From: Balanoglossus misakiensis
Lineage: Eukaryota > Animalia > Hemichordata
Direction of reading: 5' to 3'
Assembly (NCBI GenBank): GCA_040954595.2
Contig: CM082582.2
Location: 7,752,063-7,816,062 of the forward strand
DNA length: 64,000 bases
Below, piece by piece: positions 13,617 to 33,600 of this stretch; within the stretch, counting starts at the first letter, position 1; the number at the start of each line of letters is the position of its first letter. A model generated the notes under the pieces. That model searched no databases. It worked only from the letters and a program-made list of their open reading frames with translations, and had not been told where the DNA came from. The translations under genes and the position numbers were made by a program.

Positions 13617-16600
13617 AAGGAGCAGAAGAACAAATTGAGACAAAACAAGAGATGAAGATTCAGTGTCTTACTCTCTCAGAAGCACACAACCTCATGGCCA
13701 GCCTGTATCCCAAACCCAGAACTGGAAGTAGATGGTCTCTTCTGAATCCACAGACGAAACATACAGGTTGTCATGAAGAAGAAGAAAAAGTTACTGACCA
13801 TGTGAATCAGAAAAAAAAATTAACACAGAAGTGAAAATGTGAATGTTGAGGAAACATTTGCATTTTTTTCCTGCAGTTCAAAAATTGAAAATGCTCTGAT
13901 TGTTTCTGCTGTCCAAAAGCACATTTGGAATGGGTTTCTAAAATCACGAGAAAACAGAATGGAACACACGGTTCTTTGGAAATATCTTGCCAGTTTCATT
14001 CTGTAGTATGCATGAATTTCATGGAATTTGTGCACATCAAAAATAAGTGCCGATGATCGTGACCCTTGACCTTAGATTCATGATCCTTGACCCCTGCTGT
14101 GCTGATTATGGTGGGTCGTTTACATTCTGATCATATTTTTTGAATCAGGTGTCCAACATAAAATACTGAACGGGAAATTTTAAAACGATAGAATACCAAG
14201 AACACTTCAAAACGAATGCACAGTTTTTGAATAATTATGTGGGCAAATTTACACAGTCTCATTCTGCAGGATCCTGTGGAATCGAACCCTTGGTAGTGAT
14301 TGGTCCAGCAGTGGATAGGTAGCTAGGCAGATTTTCTCCTGGTATAAAACAGAGCATGACTGAACTTTAGGACATAAAAACCCTTGGATTATGATTTTTA
14401 ACAAAAGTGGTTTGTGTGACAAGTACTAACTTAAACACTGCTTGTGATTTACTCAATGAAATTGCCATCTGATCACATGGTTTGACACTGTCCAGCCTGA
14501 AAATAGGACTTCTCCCGATTAAGGTATGCATCCTATACGCATTGGATGATGATAGGCTTGGCAGACAGGCTGTTTGTTTGTTTGTTTAGACAGTGTTGAC
14601 CTCCAACAGGACCAACTGACACTGAATTTCAATTTGTTTTACAACTCAATTTTTAAAAAAATGAATAAAAATGTTAACATAGATTTTTATGAGATTTTTA
14701 ATACCTTGATAAATTATTATGAATAGTCTTGAGCATATTTAAGTAGGGATGAGCAAGGTATTGGGATAGTTTACTGTTTGGTATAACTAATTAAGGTTTT
14801 TGTCAGATTGACGAGATTATGTTGCAGAAATGATGTGTCTTCAACCAACGTTGTACGAGTCTAGTGAATTTCTAGCGAGGTGCCACCTTCAGGCCACTGT
14901 ACTGACGATGATAGTTCCTAGTCATGTGACATGTGCTGTTTTTTACCACTCTCTCGAACAGAGATCTTCACTATTTATTTTTACTGCACCAAGTTTAGTC
15001 TCACTAGCCTTGTGCATGTGATATACAATGATCTGACTGTGCTGGTTAATTAATATATCAGTGCAATTCATTTTTCGCTCAGATTATGCTAGTCATGTTA
15101 TATTTTTTTAGCTGGATGACTTGACGAGCATTAATTAATTTAAATTCCGACGTCTCCGATAAAGTAGAGATGCTAGGTTTCTAATACTATCAGTTACTTT
15201 GGATCTTTGTGACACCCCGCTAGATGGCTTCTGTTTGAAAAGGGCCGGTGTAAAACACTTGAGAACTGAGGTGGGGTGATCGAGTGACAGAAAAAAAAGT
15301 GCTTGTTATTTTGTGTATGGTCTTTGCTTTGCAAAAAGATATGTGTATGTGATGCGATGTAAAAAGTTGTATGCAGCCCAGTACTCTGCAAGAAAGGAAT
15401 TTCGAAAAATTCCTTGGCGTAAAAACAACTTCATGTAGCAAGTACATTGTATGATGTTCAAAGGGTAGGAAGTGACAAGGCGGAACAAAAATGGGACTAC
15501 ATCTCGACACTTGGTGTATTGATTGTACAAGCCTGTTCTTGGCAAATCTGACTTGCAAAAATGCCGGTCACAGTCCAAGTCGGTAATCTCTGCAATTCTG
15601 CAGAGAAAAATCAAATTTACACGTTATTGGACAATTTATACAATGCCAATTTGCACAAACAAGTGCAGTCTTTGGCATACATATTTGCAGAACAAATACC
15701 AGTTATTTTGAGACCTGCCATAGACCTTAGAAGCTTCTACTGTCTATGGACCTACACAGTCTGTATAAATTCAAAGAACATTCAAATTTGCAGGTTATTG
15801 TACAGTCTGCACTTGGCAGAAAGAATGAGACGTAGAGGGTGGGGGGCATCATAGTATGTATACTTTTGCAAGTACAGTCTACGCAAAGTGTCAAAGTACT
15901 GGGCGTTGTGCTGTACAACCAGTTCTAGGACAGACACCCCCTGGTCACCCAACCCGGCACTGGCCCTAACCCTAATGTCTGGGTGGGGGAAATGCCCAGG
16001 GGGTGTTAAGCCTTCCTGATACCACCGTACAACTGTTTATACTCGGCTTGTTTTGAATGTCCTCAATCAGAAGCTTAGAAAGTCTTACTTCACTTGTATC
16101 GGTGGAGACCACAGATTTCAGTATTAATAACAAAAATTAGCAAAGGTTATTGTTTATAAGGGTGAATTGTCTGGTATTCGTGTTTTTTTTGTCGGTACTT
16201 CCATTTGCCAATTATCCGTTTCGTACATTGGTTGGTGTGTTGAATCAACCACGCTTTTGATAGACAGATGTGGGCAGCCTTCAAGAATGCGAGGGGGGGG
16301 ATCTGTGAACCCGTGAACAGGTGCAAAAAATTACCCATGGGCTTACAATTCACCACTGTGTGGGTAGTTTGCCATTCTCTGGGTGGAGAGGCAGTTATGG
16401 GCTTAAAATATTAAGGCACACCCATCGAGGGGTACAGAAAATGCAACATACGCTCTGTGCACATGAACAACTTGCGACATTTGCGACAGAAATCTCCCCT
16501 CCCTGGACTCATATAAAGTAATGAGAGTTTCTGCCATTAGCCTGACAACACAAAATCAGTGCTTTTAAATCACAGATCTCAATTTAAAGCTCAGGCTTGC

Positions 16601-19244
16601 CTTATGATGCAGGAACACGATGGTATCTGGGTTTTTTTCAGATCAGCCATTTAATGTACAATGCCCTGAGGCTGAGTCAAATCTCCCACATCTTTGTAGT
16701 AAGTGACGTGTGCATCACAACGTTCTGTGATATCCTGCCAATAAGTCCTGCCTGTGTAGTAATTTATCAGTACTTTGTGTAGAGTACTAATTATGAAATG
16801 TAACTTTGTGTGCAATTGTCGATTTCAGAAATCCATTTATTTACTATTTTATTACAGAATATTTGCTAATTTAACTAATAATTGTAATCTTTTTAAAGAT
16901 CTGAACAAGTTAAATGTGATTTATTCTATTGCATTTGGCATCTTACGGTTTTTGCATTGGTCAACCATTCTCAAGGTCGTAGAAAAATTTGACACAATTT
17001 TTACAGTTTTTTCTGAAATTTGTTACTTTTCCAATGGCACTCTGTGACACTTGCAATTTCATCAGTGGACCTTTTTTTTGTTATATTTTTCAAATTGTTT
17101 GCTACTTTCACGATATTTTGCCTTTGATGGTGTATTTTCATACTTTGTAATATTCAACTTCAATGTCATTATTGACAACACAAGATGGAGAGAGAAAGTG
17201 AGAGAGAGAAAAGTATAGACTGACTGGGATGGGAATTAATTATATTTTTATATCAATTGAAATGTCGTGGTAGTCAAAAACAGTTAGGGCGTATCGAACT
17301 CCGAGAAGATGAAGAAATTCAAACTAGAATTTGGACAACTTGTCTGTCACACACACTCACTGCATCTCTTGTCCACGAACAAAAAAACTTGGTTTTCACA
17401 AACTTTTGACAAATGTTCACCACCTAGGATAGCCACAGAGTCAAAACATTTGTATCAGAATTTACATCAAGGTATAAGCAGGAATTTTTTGATGGAAGAA
17501 AAAGTGAAGTCTTTTGTCGATTTTTGTTTTCGATCTGTCAACATTTTGATGTTCTTTTTGAGTTGCTGTATACTACTAACCTATAAGATGAATGAAAATC
17601 ACAAATTGAATTTAGACCATTGTACATACAAATTCTGGTATAGCCACAGGATTGTTGAAATTGTTAGGTTTAGAATTTTCTAAGAATACCAAATTTGCTA
17701 CTCATGATCTTATTATAAACTCAATGCAATCCACAACAGCATTCAGCTGTCGATAATAGAACTTAATATCTGAACAACGTCACTTTCAAGCGTACTTTTT
17801 GTGAAATTTTACAAAATTACTAAAGAATCGTGTCTTAAAACCAGAACGTTTTCATCTCAACCTAAACTTTCACTCACACTAATCAAATTAGTTACTCAAA
17901 TTGCATTAATTTCAGGAAAAACCCAGCACAAAGCTAAGAATGCTGGCCAGTGTATGTGACCTTTGACCTGAGTACAAGCTTACTGAATTCAAATTTTGTA
18001 CTGTGCTATGCTGTGCTGTGTGTCTGTTCTGGTGTAACCATCTGCCATAAAGAAGCCCCTTGTACATGAATGTTCTGTTGAAAGCATTCATCTCAAACAA
18101 AAACAACAAAAAAACAGACCTTGACTCCATACTTGCGGAGAAATGATTGATCGGACACGTGGAATGCAAGGTCTGATGTCCGGGCTGGACAGTTTTGATT
18201 TTCAACCCCTCCTCCTCCAAAAGCCAGTTGTCACTTTCGAGTTTCAAAACAAGAGAAAAACCCTGTTGACATTGACTTGAACAGGTCAAAAGTCCATGTG
18301 CTGTACATCTCTGTGTGCTAAGCAACTTCACTTCTGCAGAACAGAGAGTATAGTTGTTGTTTTTTTGTGTGTGTGAAAATTATCTCTTTTTCTTGAATTA
18401 TAACCACTGGTTGCTTTGTTGTAATTTACATACAAACCAAAAAAAAAACAGGAATTGACAACTGGCCTAATTTTGATATTTCAATATATGTGTCGCTCTC
18501 AAAATGCATTATTATATGACAACTTTGTAGATTGACATAGAAATTTACACTCTTGCCGATTTTTTTTTTCAACATCCAAGTAAACAACTGCCTACTTCTG
18601 CTTGGCTTTAAAATAAAATTGTTGTTCAACAACATACAACTAGTGTGTGCGTGTGTGTGTTCTATCACCAGTTAATTTCTTTGGTAAAGAGCATACCATC
18701 AACCGCAACCCAGAAGAACGCCCTCACTCAGAAGAAGTTTGACATCATAGATACCTCCTGGACATCTTTTGCAATTACCCTGAACAGATAAGCATCTCCA
18801 TCAGGATTGTTCCTTAGCTAAACCGTCAGAGTTTTAAACATTCAACTGAAGCTGACAGATGACACATCATTTCATAACATTAGTTCATTGGCGGATACAC
18901 ATCGGGTCAGCACAGTTTGGCTTGGTTGGCCTGGGTACCAACCTCTGCAGGAATAACCTTCAGTTTGAAGCATTTCGTCAACATCAAAGTAATGGTCTAA
19001 CAATCAAAGAAAACAATCTGAGTCAAGTTTTTCTTTGGCAGTCTCATGAATTTATTTTATCAAAGAGAACAAAATACAGATCAGTTAGCTGGACATCTTT
19101 CCGAATACAACAGAGTTTTTATCATCAGGAGGTGGGGTGGTAAAACCTTAGTACAAGATGGGAAACTGTTCATTTCTTAGCCATGCTTCTTTTAAGGAGC
19201 AAAGGGCTAAACATGCTAAACTGTGTCACTTTTCACCTCAGGTG

Positions 19245-24159
<4,915 letters not shown>

Positions 24160-24635
24160 TTTTATTCTATTCCTTCACAACTGCACTGCGAAATCCCTCG
24201 TCGTTTGACGTATTTTACGTCGATTTTCGACAACAACTGCACATGTGTCAAAGGTAAACCAAGATTGCGGTGGGGCAATCTGGGTAATTAGATTTTGGTG
24301 ATATCGGGCTACATATGGCCTGGTTCTTTCAGTTTCATGAATTTGAGATAAAAGCAACCTGTGGTCATTCATAACCACATAATAATTAGTCTCTCGTGGG
24401 ACACCAGTATACAATGACTTTTTCACAAATGTCCACATTTGATGAAATGTGACAGAGGAACATCCCTCCATGCAAAATGTGGTCGTCAACAAAGTTCCCG
24501 GATGTGTTGGCTGTTCTATGTTGCTTTTGCAAATGGCGACGAGTCTGCAAGTATTTCCAAACAGGAGGTGATTTTGACGCAATTCTGTCTGTATTTATGA
24601 ATTCTCTGGTGCTTTAACAGCCTGTCATCTACACT
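24160..24635. promoter_or_regulatory. Bidirectional promoter region KLHDC4/ZCCHC14
   Basis: Divergent ATGs are ~480 bp apart, with a YY1-like AAATGGCG (24531-24538) and an ETS-like CCGGATGT (~24498-24505). Confidence 0.6.
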
Positions 24636-27600
24636 ATGGTGTGCAAAGAGGATGTGTTCAACTGGTTCCATGATCTCAGTGGTTCTAGTCGAGTGGATTT
24701 TCTGTGCGGATTGTTGTTGAAGTGTGGACCATTTGAATTGAGGTATCTGGGTGCCTGCATTGAAGATTTGGCGAGAAAGGACTATAATAATCTCAGGGAG
24801 GAGGAAAGTAACGCCAATAAGGCAGCTGTCATTAGCCAGCTTAACAATATATTTGACCCATGCACTCGAATGAAGCTTATAGTAAGCCTTGCCTTGCTAT
24901 ATTCTTCAAACTGTAACTGTTCAGAGATAGTGTTCAGAACACTGCAATGTCAAGCTGTTCAAATAGAATCCCATTTTACGAACATTCGTGATACGGATCA
25001 AGTTTATGAAGAATTCTTGTTACTACTGACCATGGCAGTGCATCATCCCGCGTTTGTCTTTCAACAGAAACAGATTCTTAAAAATATTTTGGACAAATTG
25101 CTACTGTTGAAACAGGTAAGGCATTGATTACAGAATTATTTCTTGCGGGGGGGGGGGGGCATTTCAATGGGGCAGTATGTCATTTTGACATATGTATACA
25201 GCACTAACACTTCTGTGTCTATATTTGAAAAGACAGCCAGAATATTAAGAAAATTGGTGTCGTAGGAAAATGTCTAAATGTGTATTAATTGTTTACTTTC
25301 AGAGGGGAAAAATGACAAGGGCTACTTCATAATTATAGTCCATATCCAGGGTTTTCAGTGGTATGACAATGACAGTTCTGTGAATTCTGTGGTTGTTGAC
25401 AGATGGTGCTAAACTAGTTAGGGGAGATAAACGAATTGTACACTGTCAAATTAGATATCAAAATAAAGCATGCAAATTATTTCATGCTCAAAAGACGGTA
25501 TATAAAAGCAGTTTTGAGTGAGGGTCAGACTGGCATGCATATGGTATTTGAGGACAACGTGAAAGTAGCACTGACCTCAACGCAGTGTCGCTTTCACGTA
25601 TCAGTTCATTCAGCCTGGCAATGATATTGTTTCCCTAGTTTGGGGGTCTCTGGTTTTATCTTTCATGCGATTCTGTGGTAATTGATTGAACATATAATGA
25701 TACAGCAAATCCAAACACTGCTTTTAATTAAACTTTGTTATTCTCTGTCTTGAGTTGTGATATCCTTTTGAAGAAGAAGAGTACTATTACAGTCATAGGT
25801 CCTTATTACTACGTTTTCATTTAGCTTCAGTGTGTATCCAACCCGTGGTGCTGTCTTTTCCGGTGGCTTGCCAGACTGTCTCATGAACTGTTTTCAGTTT
25901 TATGGCCAACTGTCCGTGTGGGTTATAAAGTGACTTTCGGTAATCTAAACTCAGTATGACCATGGTGTTGATTGACAAGTATTCAAATTTCTGTAATACT
26001 ACCAGCATTTGATACTGTAGCATGTTTAAATATGTGTATTCACATCTCTTGAAAAGCCAAACTAGCATTGAAATATCTAAGTTAACTGAACTGAAAACAA
26101 TACAAAGACTCGCACACACATTATGTATAGCATGCTGCTAAATATCCTACGAAGCAGTGAGCTCTTCATGTAAAGAAGCCTTGAGACTTTATAATAAGAT
26201 AATAATCTCCAGTCTCAATTCTTAAAGATACAGAAGACAAATAAGATGTCTCTTTGAAATTCAGTAGTTGACAAATAAGTGTCTGTGTAAGTAACTGTCT
26301 GTACTCAATAACTAATGAATGTATTTTTGAGTATGTAGTAAAAAGTGCCATGAGAGCATGGATTCATATTCACAGAAGGGGGTACTAGAATATAAAGACA
26401 GGAAGTTGTTTACCATAGAGATTAATATTCCTTTGGTGGAGTAGTGCTTCTGGAGTTGGTGGTGTTGGAGAGATCTATGATAAAAAGTATCACAATACCT
26501 CAAAGTGAAAATGAAAGCACAAAATTAGGTTAATTTTGAAGGATAAATTTAGCCTTATTGCATAAATTATACAGTCTCAATGAGAGACTAGCTGCACAGA
26601 TCATATACAGATATGGTTAGTGGTTTTGCTAATATTCCTAATATTGATTTCACCCAAACCACAATGTTTATTGCAAGCAAAATAATTGAAGTTCATTGTA
26701 CATGTCTGTGGTTGCTCACCTAAACCTCGCAGCTGCACCACTCTTGATAGTACATTTCATGCACCTATGCATTCAGACACATACGCAGGTTGCGAGGTCT
26801 GGCAAGCGAGTCTCCTATAAAACCATATGGGCATGGCAGATGATGCCATATGTAAATTAAAGGTTATTGTAAAGTATATTCCTTTAAATATTAAATGGTC
26901 TAGGAATAAACTAACAAGTAACATCAGTTTTCGGTAGGAAATTTCATTGCTTTCGTAGGACAATAAAAAAAATCATTTTTCCAGAATTTTTTTAACTGCC
27001 TGATGCTTTCATAGTTTGCATGGTACAATGTTGTGGGTTAGACAAGCATTCAAAATGTCACACCAGTCTGTTTCAACTGTCATAACAGTAATATGTAGAT
27101 GTGGGGTATTGTATTGTAATGTGTGTATAGGCTGTCATTCAACCAATAACAAAGGGAAACTTGGTGTCAAAGTGTAACTTCAGGCTGTGTGTTTATTTTT
27201 GTTCGGTTCCAGTGGATGTGTTTCTGTACAAAAAAACAAGTGAGATCACTCAATCAAATACTTCATGCCACATTTGTTATTCGCCAGCAGATATCTACAG
27301 TAATATACTCCATATTTACAGTTGGGTAGTACATGTATAGTCCATATAATACAATTTACCCTATAGTTATTTTGTGTCTAGTTGGGCGCTTGAACGTCAT
27401 ATTTTTGTTTTCTGCGTGGTCATGGTCATCCCATGATATTTAACCCTTTCACCCCTTTTTTGCCTCTATGGAGGTCCAAGTTTAACACAGAAAATAATGG
27501 ATTTGGACCAAACCATGGTGGTGAAAGGGTTAAACATGCAGACCAGGTGAAAGCATTGTAGCAAGTCTTCCTGCTATGGCTTTGCCAATGTGAGGATTGT

Positions 27601-30600
27601 AATGAATTCAAGGAAAAGTTAATGTTTTATGGAGTGTGACCTACATGCAGTTGTGTATAAGCACACATCATACACATATAGTGTGATACACTGCGTTTGT
27701 TTGAGGTGAAACTTTAGATGGTTGCCAAATTAGCATATTAATACTCAATTTGCATATTGTAACCAACTGTGTGTTTGTTAAGACAAAAATAGACTGTTAC
27801 AGAAAAATGAGGGGGTTACCCACCCTTTCTCAATCCTATTTAGAGATCTAATTATGCTCTGTATTTACCATCTATTACATGTTTGTCTGATCTTTATTTC
27901 AAAAACACGTTAGAAATTGTTCAGAAATTGGGTTATACTGAAAACAAACATTAGTTCTCAGACCTCTAGGGATTATGCACTTATTGCCAATATGTCCAAC
28001 AGGATCATACAATTCTACTTTGTAATGCTTATTGATCTGTGTTTATACATCATGGTATTATGTTCCGATACTATTCCCATTCTTTGCCAAGGTCTTATTC
28101 ATGAGATTGGCATCAATTCATTGAAGAATTACTATGACCATTGTTATTGGCATCAATGTATTTCAGAATTACTACGACCATTGTCACTGCTGAAATATCT
28201 AATGACAAGCAGTCTGAGTGTTGATAAAGTTGTATCAAATTAGAAGATAATTAATTAGTTTAAATTATTAATTAATAAAGATTAGGTTGGTTTACGGTTT
28301 GACTCAGATGGTGACAAGGGTTTTTTGCAGTTTTCATACTCGTGTAAAGATGGATTGTGCTTTTTTGCTGTCCCTTCATTCATTCATTCATTCATTCATT
28401 CATTCATTCATTCATTCATTCATTCATTCATTCATTCATTCATTCATTCATTCATTCATTCATTCATTCATTCATTCATTCATTCGCTCTTAAATATTAA
28501 ACAAATTATTTGAACTCCAGTGGTGAACCATTTTCATCTGATTGACATGGTTTTTGAAAGCAACTTAGGTTTAGTAATTACTCAAATGCAAAAAAATGCT
28601 AGAGTGGCGTTTTACTGCACGTATGAATAATATGAATGAGCCAAGAGTGCAGACTGAAAGGTTTTAAAGAAAATTAAATGTCTTCACGCAGCAGTTGTGA
28701 CGGCTTTGAATTCTGTAATCACGAGGAGATCTTTTCGGCCAATTTTCTTGTTGAAAGAAGTAATTGAAATTACGTGGAGGTAGTCAGTAGTGCATGAAGT
28801 TTTTCCTAATTATGTGGCTAAGCTAAATCAGCCTCAGAGAAAGTTTCAACTCAGTGAGTACCCTCATATTTGTGGACTTTTTCCATTTTTAATGATGTCA
28901 CTTTTTGCCGGGTTGCAGGCCTACTGTAAGTCTCCGCATGGCGATGCCGTACAGGACGACGAGGAAGGGGACGGTGTTCCTGACGTCCACAGAGACAACT
29001 CAAGCAAGCAGCAGCCTGGGCCGTCAACGGACGTCCACCGCAAGGACAACACGTCGACACAGTCGGGACTATCTTCAGATGTTCATCATAAAGACGGCAC
29101 ACCTAGACAATCTAGCGTGTTGATAGCACCCGGGTTGCTGAACGGGGAAACCAGGCCTTCAGCAGGTATGGTATCATTTCAAGACATGTCTCATTTCATT
29201 CACAGTTGGTATTGTGGTAAAACAAAGTATTAAAAATCACATAAACAGACATGACTCTGACACTGATTCTTACTGATACTAAACCTTAATTTGTCAGTTT
29301 TTCTGTCTCTACCATTGAAAACCAAGTTAATATCATTCATGAATAGTCTATCCACCCATGCACCAATTTGTAATTTTACTGTGACAATAAAAGGTACCCA
29401 TCTTCGGTCTCTCTCATATCATGTTTATCAATGAACCTATAAATTTCTGATGTCAGTCGAAAGAATTACTTGTATCTCTTAAACCTATCCATCTGTCACT
29501 GTCAGGTCAACTGAACCCAGATAAGTGACTGCTTTCAAATTACATTACCCTTTTTATAAATTTTATCGAATGAGGTGTAGTATTTCCACTGTCCATAAAG
29601 TTTAAATTAAACATTTATGTTGTTTTACTGTCTACTGTGTTCTGAAACGTTGAAAAAATACATATGGCCTGGGTAGTTAATTGAGTATCACATTTATGCT
29701 ACAGGATTTTCTCATTGCCCTAATTCAGTGATATGAGATGGCTCATAGATAAATGTTGACATTTAACTGCAACACAGCATTCAGTGTATGAAATTCAAGC
29801 TTGACACACTTTGTCCTGTTGTTTTTCAATGTTAACAGTGTATGTGAAGAACATTGAAGTGACTGGTCTTCAGAAAGGTGGTGACAACCGTACTGAATAT
29901 GTCTTCAAGGTAGAGTAACTTTCACTTTTGAAACTGACTACATGATGTATGTTTATTTGCCGGTGATTGGGAAGGATGAGGAAGCTATTGTGAGCAATGT
30001 CTTTAATTCTTCGAAACCAGTTCGGAAGGAAATTTCTGAATGACATTACATGTATAGGTCACTAGGGGTCAGAGGGATACAAGTCATATGTTATGACACA
30101 TGGGGTTTTGCTTGTTTAAATTAGAGAATAGGGAAATGAGATGGCGTGTGTGTTTTAATATTAAAACTGGTTGATATTACTGAGGAAATGTCCCACAGAG
30201 GATGTTGAAAAGATAAATTTCTGTTTGCATTGTGTGTTTTCACAAGTGTAGTCACAGTTTTGATTTGACTCTAGCGGATATTTGGATTGTAAAAATATAG
30301 TAAGCTACCTGTGAAATTAATCCTTGCATAAGAGGTACAGATGATCCAAATATATAATAAATCTGATGTGTGATTCAGTTTCCAATCTTTAGCCCGCTGT
30401 CAGTAGTGAGAGAATAGATGTATGGTACATCATGTATGTGCAAAGTAAAAATATCCTACTTCCATTATGTCCGGTGTATTTTGGGGTTTTTGTCACAAAT
30501 GTAGTTTCAATTGATTCTGCAGGTGACATGGTCCAATGATGTGGTCAACACTGTGAACAGGACGCATGGTGAACTGTCTAATTTCAGGTGGAAGGTATGC

Positions 30601-33600
30601 TATCTTTCATTTATTAGTAAAACGTTTGATGTTAATGTGTTTCATATATGCCTGTGTATAGTGTGGAGCACCTGCTCACTTGCTCAAACACACGCACACA
30701 CAATCACATATCAATTGTACCGGTACATACAAACCTCTGTAAATTACAAAAAAAATCTGTTTCTCTTTCCAGTTACAAAATCATTTTCCAGATGCAGGGT
30801 CGCATCAGTCTGATTTCAGCCTACCACTCCTGCCAGGTGAGTGAAAGTTCTTTGGTTTCCATGACAGCTGGTGTTCCGGATGCCTGTCATGCTTAATGCA
30901 TACCCGGTAGATATTAGGCAACAGCTGCCATGGAGATTACATTGAGCCGGTCTGTCCTGAAAAATTTCAGATTTTTATTATTCTGTGTGTCAACGATCTC
31001 AAACAAAAGTCCATCTGATCAAAGATGGAAAGCGCCATCAATATGTCAGATAATGAACACTGTGGAAATGATCATTTACAGGTAAACACAGTTTCAGGTC
31101 GGCGAATAAGGGAGAGTTTTTGCCAGAAATTCAAGACTATGCAAGGTGAGGGACAGATATTGACGGTGGAAATGAATACAATTGGTGATTTTCTGTTTAT
31201 TTTTGAGGTGTCATCATTATCATCAGCTGTTTTCCTAATGCACATCGTAACCCTCTCTTGTTATTGCAGGCGATTGGTGGTTTTACCTCCTCACATACTT
31301 CAGTGTGAAGAAATGTTGAATTTCTTCCAATATCCCGAATCTTCCACGACGAGCACGATACCCAGTGGTATTCAGACTGCCTCAGCAACTGTGGTCACTA
31401 GCAAACTACCAGGTAAATGGTCATTCAACGTGCACATTTATAATATCTTGCACTGGATCACATGTTTAGTGTAATGGTGTTCAGGTCACCTATACAGATT
31501 GTAGCCTCAAGTTGGGTCTTGACAATATTGAAGTGGGATACATTACATTCAGCACTAGTCATTTCAATGAATATTTTCCTTCCTTCCTTGCAGATACTGC
31601 TTCAAGCCATTCACCCAAGGTTTCCGTTCACAAAGTGCCGACCAATACTACCAATAGGTATGTTAAGCAGGCCTGTCATCAAAACATCTGTGTGTGCTGA
31701 AGTTGTCTTTCTGTGCTGTGTGCATGTGCTTCCATGTGTGTGTGTGTGGATGTATGTGTGTGTGTGGGTGTGTGTGTGAGCATGGACGTTAGTATTCTTC
31801 ATGTGTTTGTGCGTGAGTAGTATGTGCATGTATGTGAGTAGATTTGTGTGTGCCCATGCTTTTGTATGTGCAAGTGCATTTGTGTGTGTGTGTGTGTGTG
31901 AGTGTTTGTGTGAATTTGACAGCGGCAGATAAACCTGTGTTTTAGCTTGGTGCATGTGTAATAAAATATGTGGCAGTCTCCCTTGTGTTTTGATCTGACC
32001 AGCCGATGTTCCTTCCTCGACAGATCCATGTACACGCAGGGTATCCCTAACCAGTCGCTGTCGTCTGTGTCACCGCTGCCGTCACCACTACCGTCACCAC
32101 ACATATCACCGTCATCGACACAGCTACCTGCGGCCGGGTACTTCCGACAACCACCTGGGCCTGCCTCCAGCAGCAGCAGCTGTGTTCCGCAACACGTCGT
32201 ACAGGAGGAACCGAATCCAGTCCGAGACATACTGAAGTCACTACGGCTTCACAAGTACTTTGTCCACTTCGAAGGGTTAACTGTCCGAGAGGTATGGACC
32301 CACTTAGGATTTTAGTGCACGATACAACTCAAGTTCCTCCCTTATTACAGACATGTGTTTACCACTGCATTGTTGTACACATAATTGTATGTAACTGATC
32401 CTCTTAGTCTCTGCCAGCAAATAACATGGTGTCCTCACTGATTCATTGTGTGATTGTGCGTCTGTAGATTGCCAAACTCACAGAAGAAGATTTAGAAAAG
32501 TGGGATGGTATTACCACCGGAGCTAAATCAAAGTTGATGAAACACCTGAATTTTATAAGGTAAGTCTGTAGAGACACTGCTAAGCAAGTATTTCTGTTAT
32601 GAAAGAGGAAATAGTGCCTTTTCGAAGTACAATCACGTATTACAATGGTGAGCAGCCAATGATATATTTTGCTCGGTTATGAAAGTCAATGTCATTTTCC
32701 TTTTCATCAGACAATCAGCAAGAAAGCTGAACGGGATGGCCGATCAAGCCCTGGGACAGCCAGCTGGCGTGACTCCACCTCAAACCAGATCGCACAGCGG
32801 TGGCGGTAGTTATCCCATGTCACCCCACCAAGCGCCCGTTCAGAATCTCTTCACTGTGAGTTACAGCACTGCAGGCAGCCACACCAGCGAATCCTGCAGT
32901 TCAGATTGCTCATCAACTCCCTCCAGCCCGCGGGAAAGCTCTGATGAAAACGAGAAGGGTGAGGACAGATTGCATATGTTGCTTTTAGCCCTTTTGCCAC
33001 CATGGTTCAGTCCAAACCCTTTGTTTTCTTTGGTAAAGTTGGACCACTAGAGAGGGAACTGAGGGGGTGAAAGGGTTAATATAATAATAATGGTCAATAT
33101 AGACTTGGGTTTGGCAGCACTCTCAGATCAACTGAAAGTCTGTAGCATAAGTGTACGGTGTACTATTGCCACAGTTTTCCTTTCTCATTTTAGTTGTCAG
33201 TCAATACTAGCTTCATTTTCCCTGGATTGATAAATCTCCAAGAGAACAAACACAAGAACTGTCTTTTTTGTCATTTGTGAAATATGTTTTAATCGTGATG
33301 TATTTGGAAATTCCAGACTCGGAAGCAAGTGAAAGCTCAACAGTTTCTCTGCCAGACGCTAGACTTTTGAGGAGTACAATGAAGGAAGACAAGTTATCCG
33401 GCCAGGTCTACCCGTCATCGAGCTTTTTTAAATCTTCGTCAGCATCCAGTGTTCAGGATTTACCGATGAGAAGCTTGCATTTAGCTGTGAGCAGCAGTAC
33501 TTCCAGGAAGCTCCAGCGAAGTGGCATGCCTACTTACAGCAATGTGGTCAAGTCCAGATCCATGGAACCGATCAGTAGTACTGAGACTAAGACGCTGCCG

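Noticed and set aside
15925-16010. CCCTAACCCTAA telomere-like motif in a GC-rich patch
   Set aside because: Only two units; probably part of a degenerate interspersed repeat, not an interstitial telomere.
28287-28513. ORFs with HSFI repeats
   Set aside because: Translation of the (ATTC)n microsatellite.
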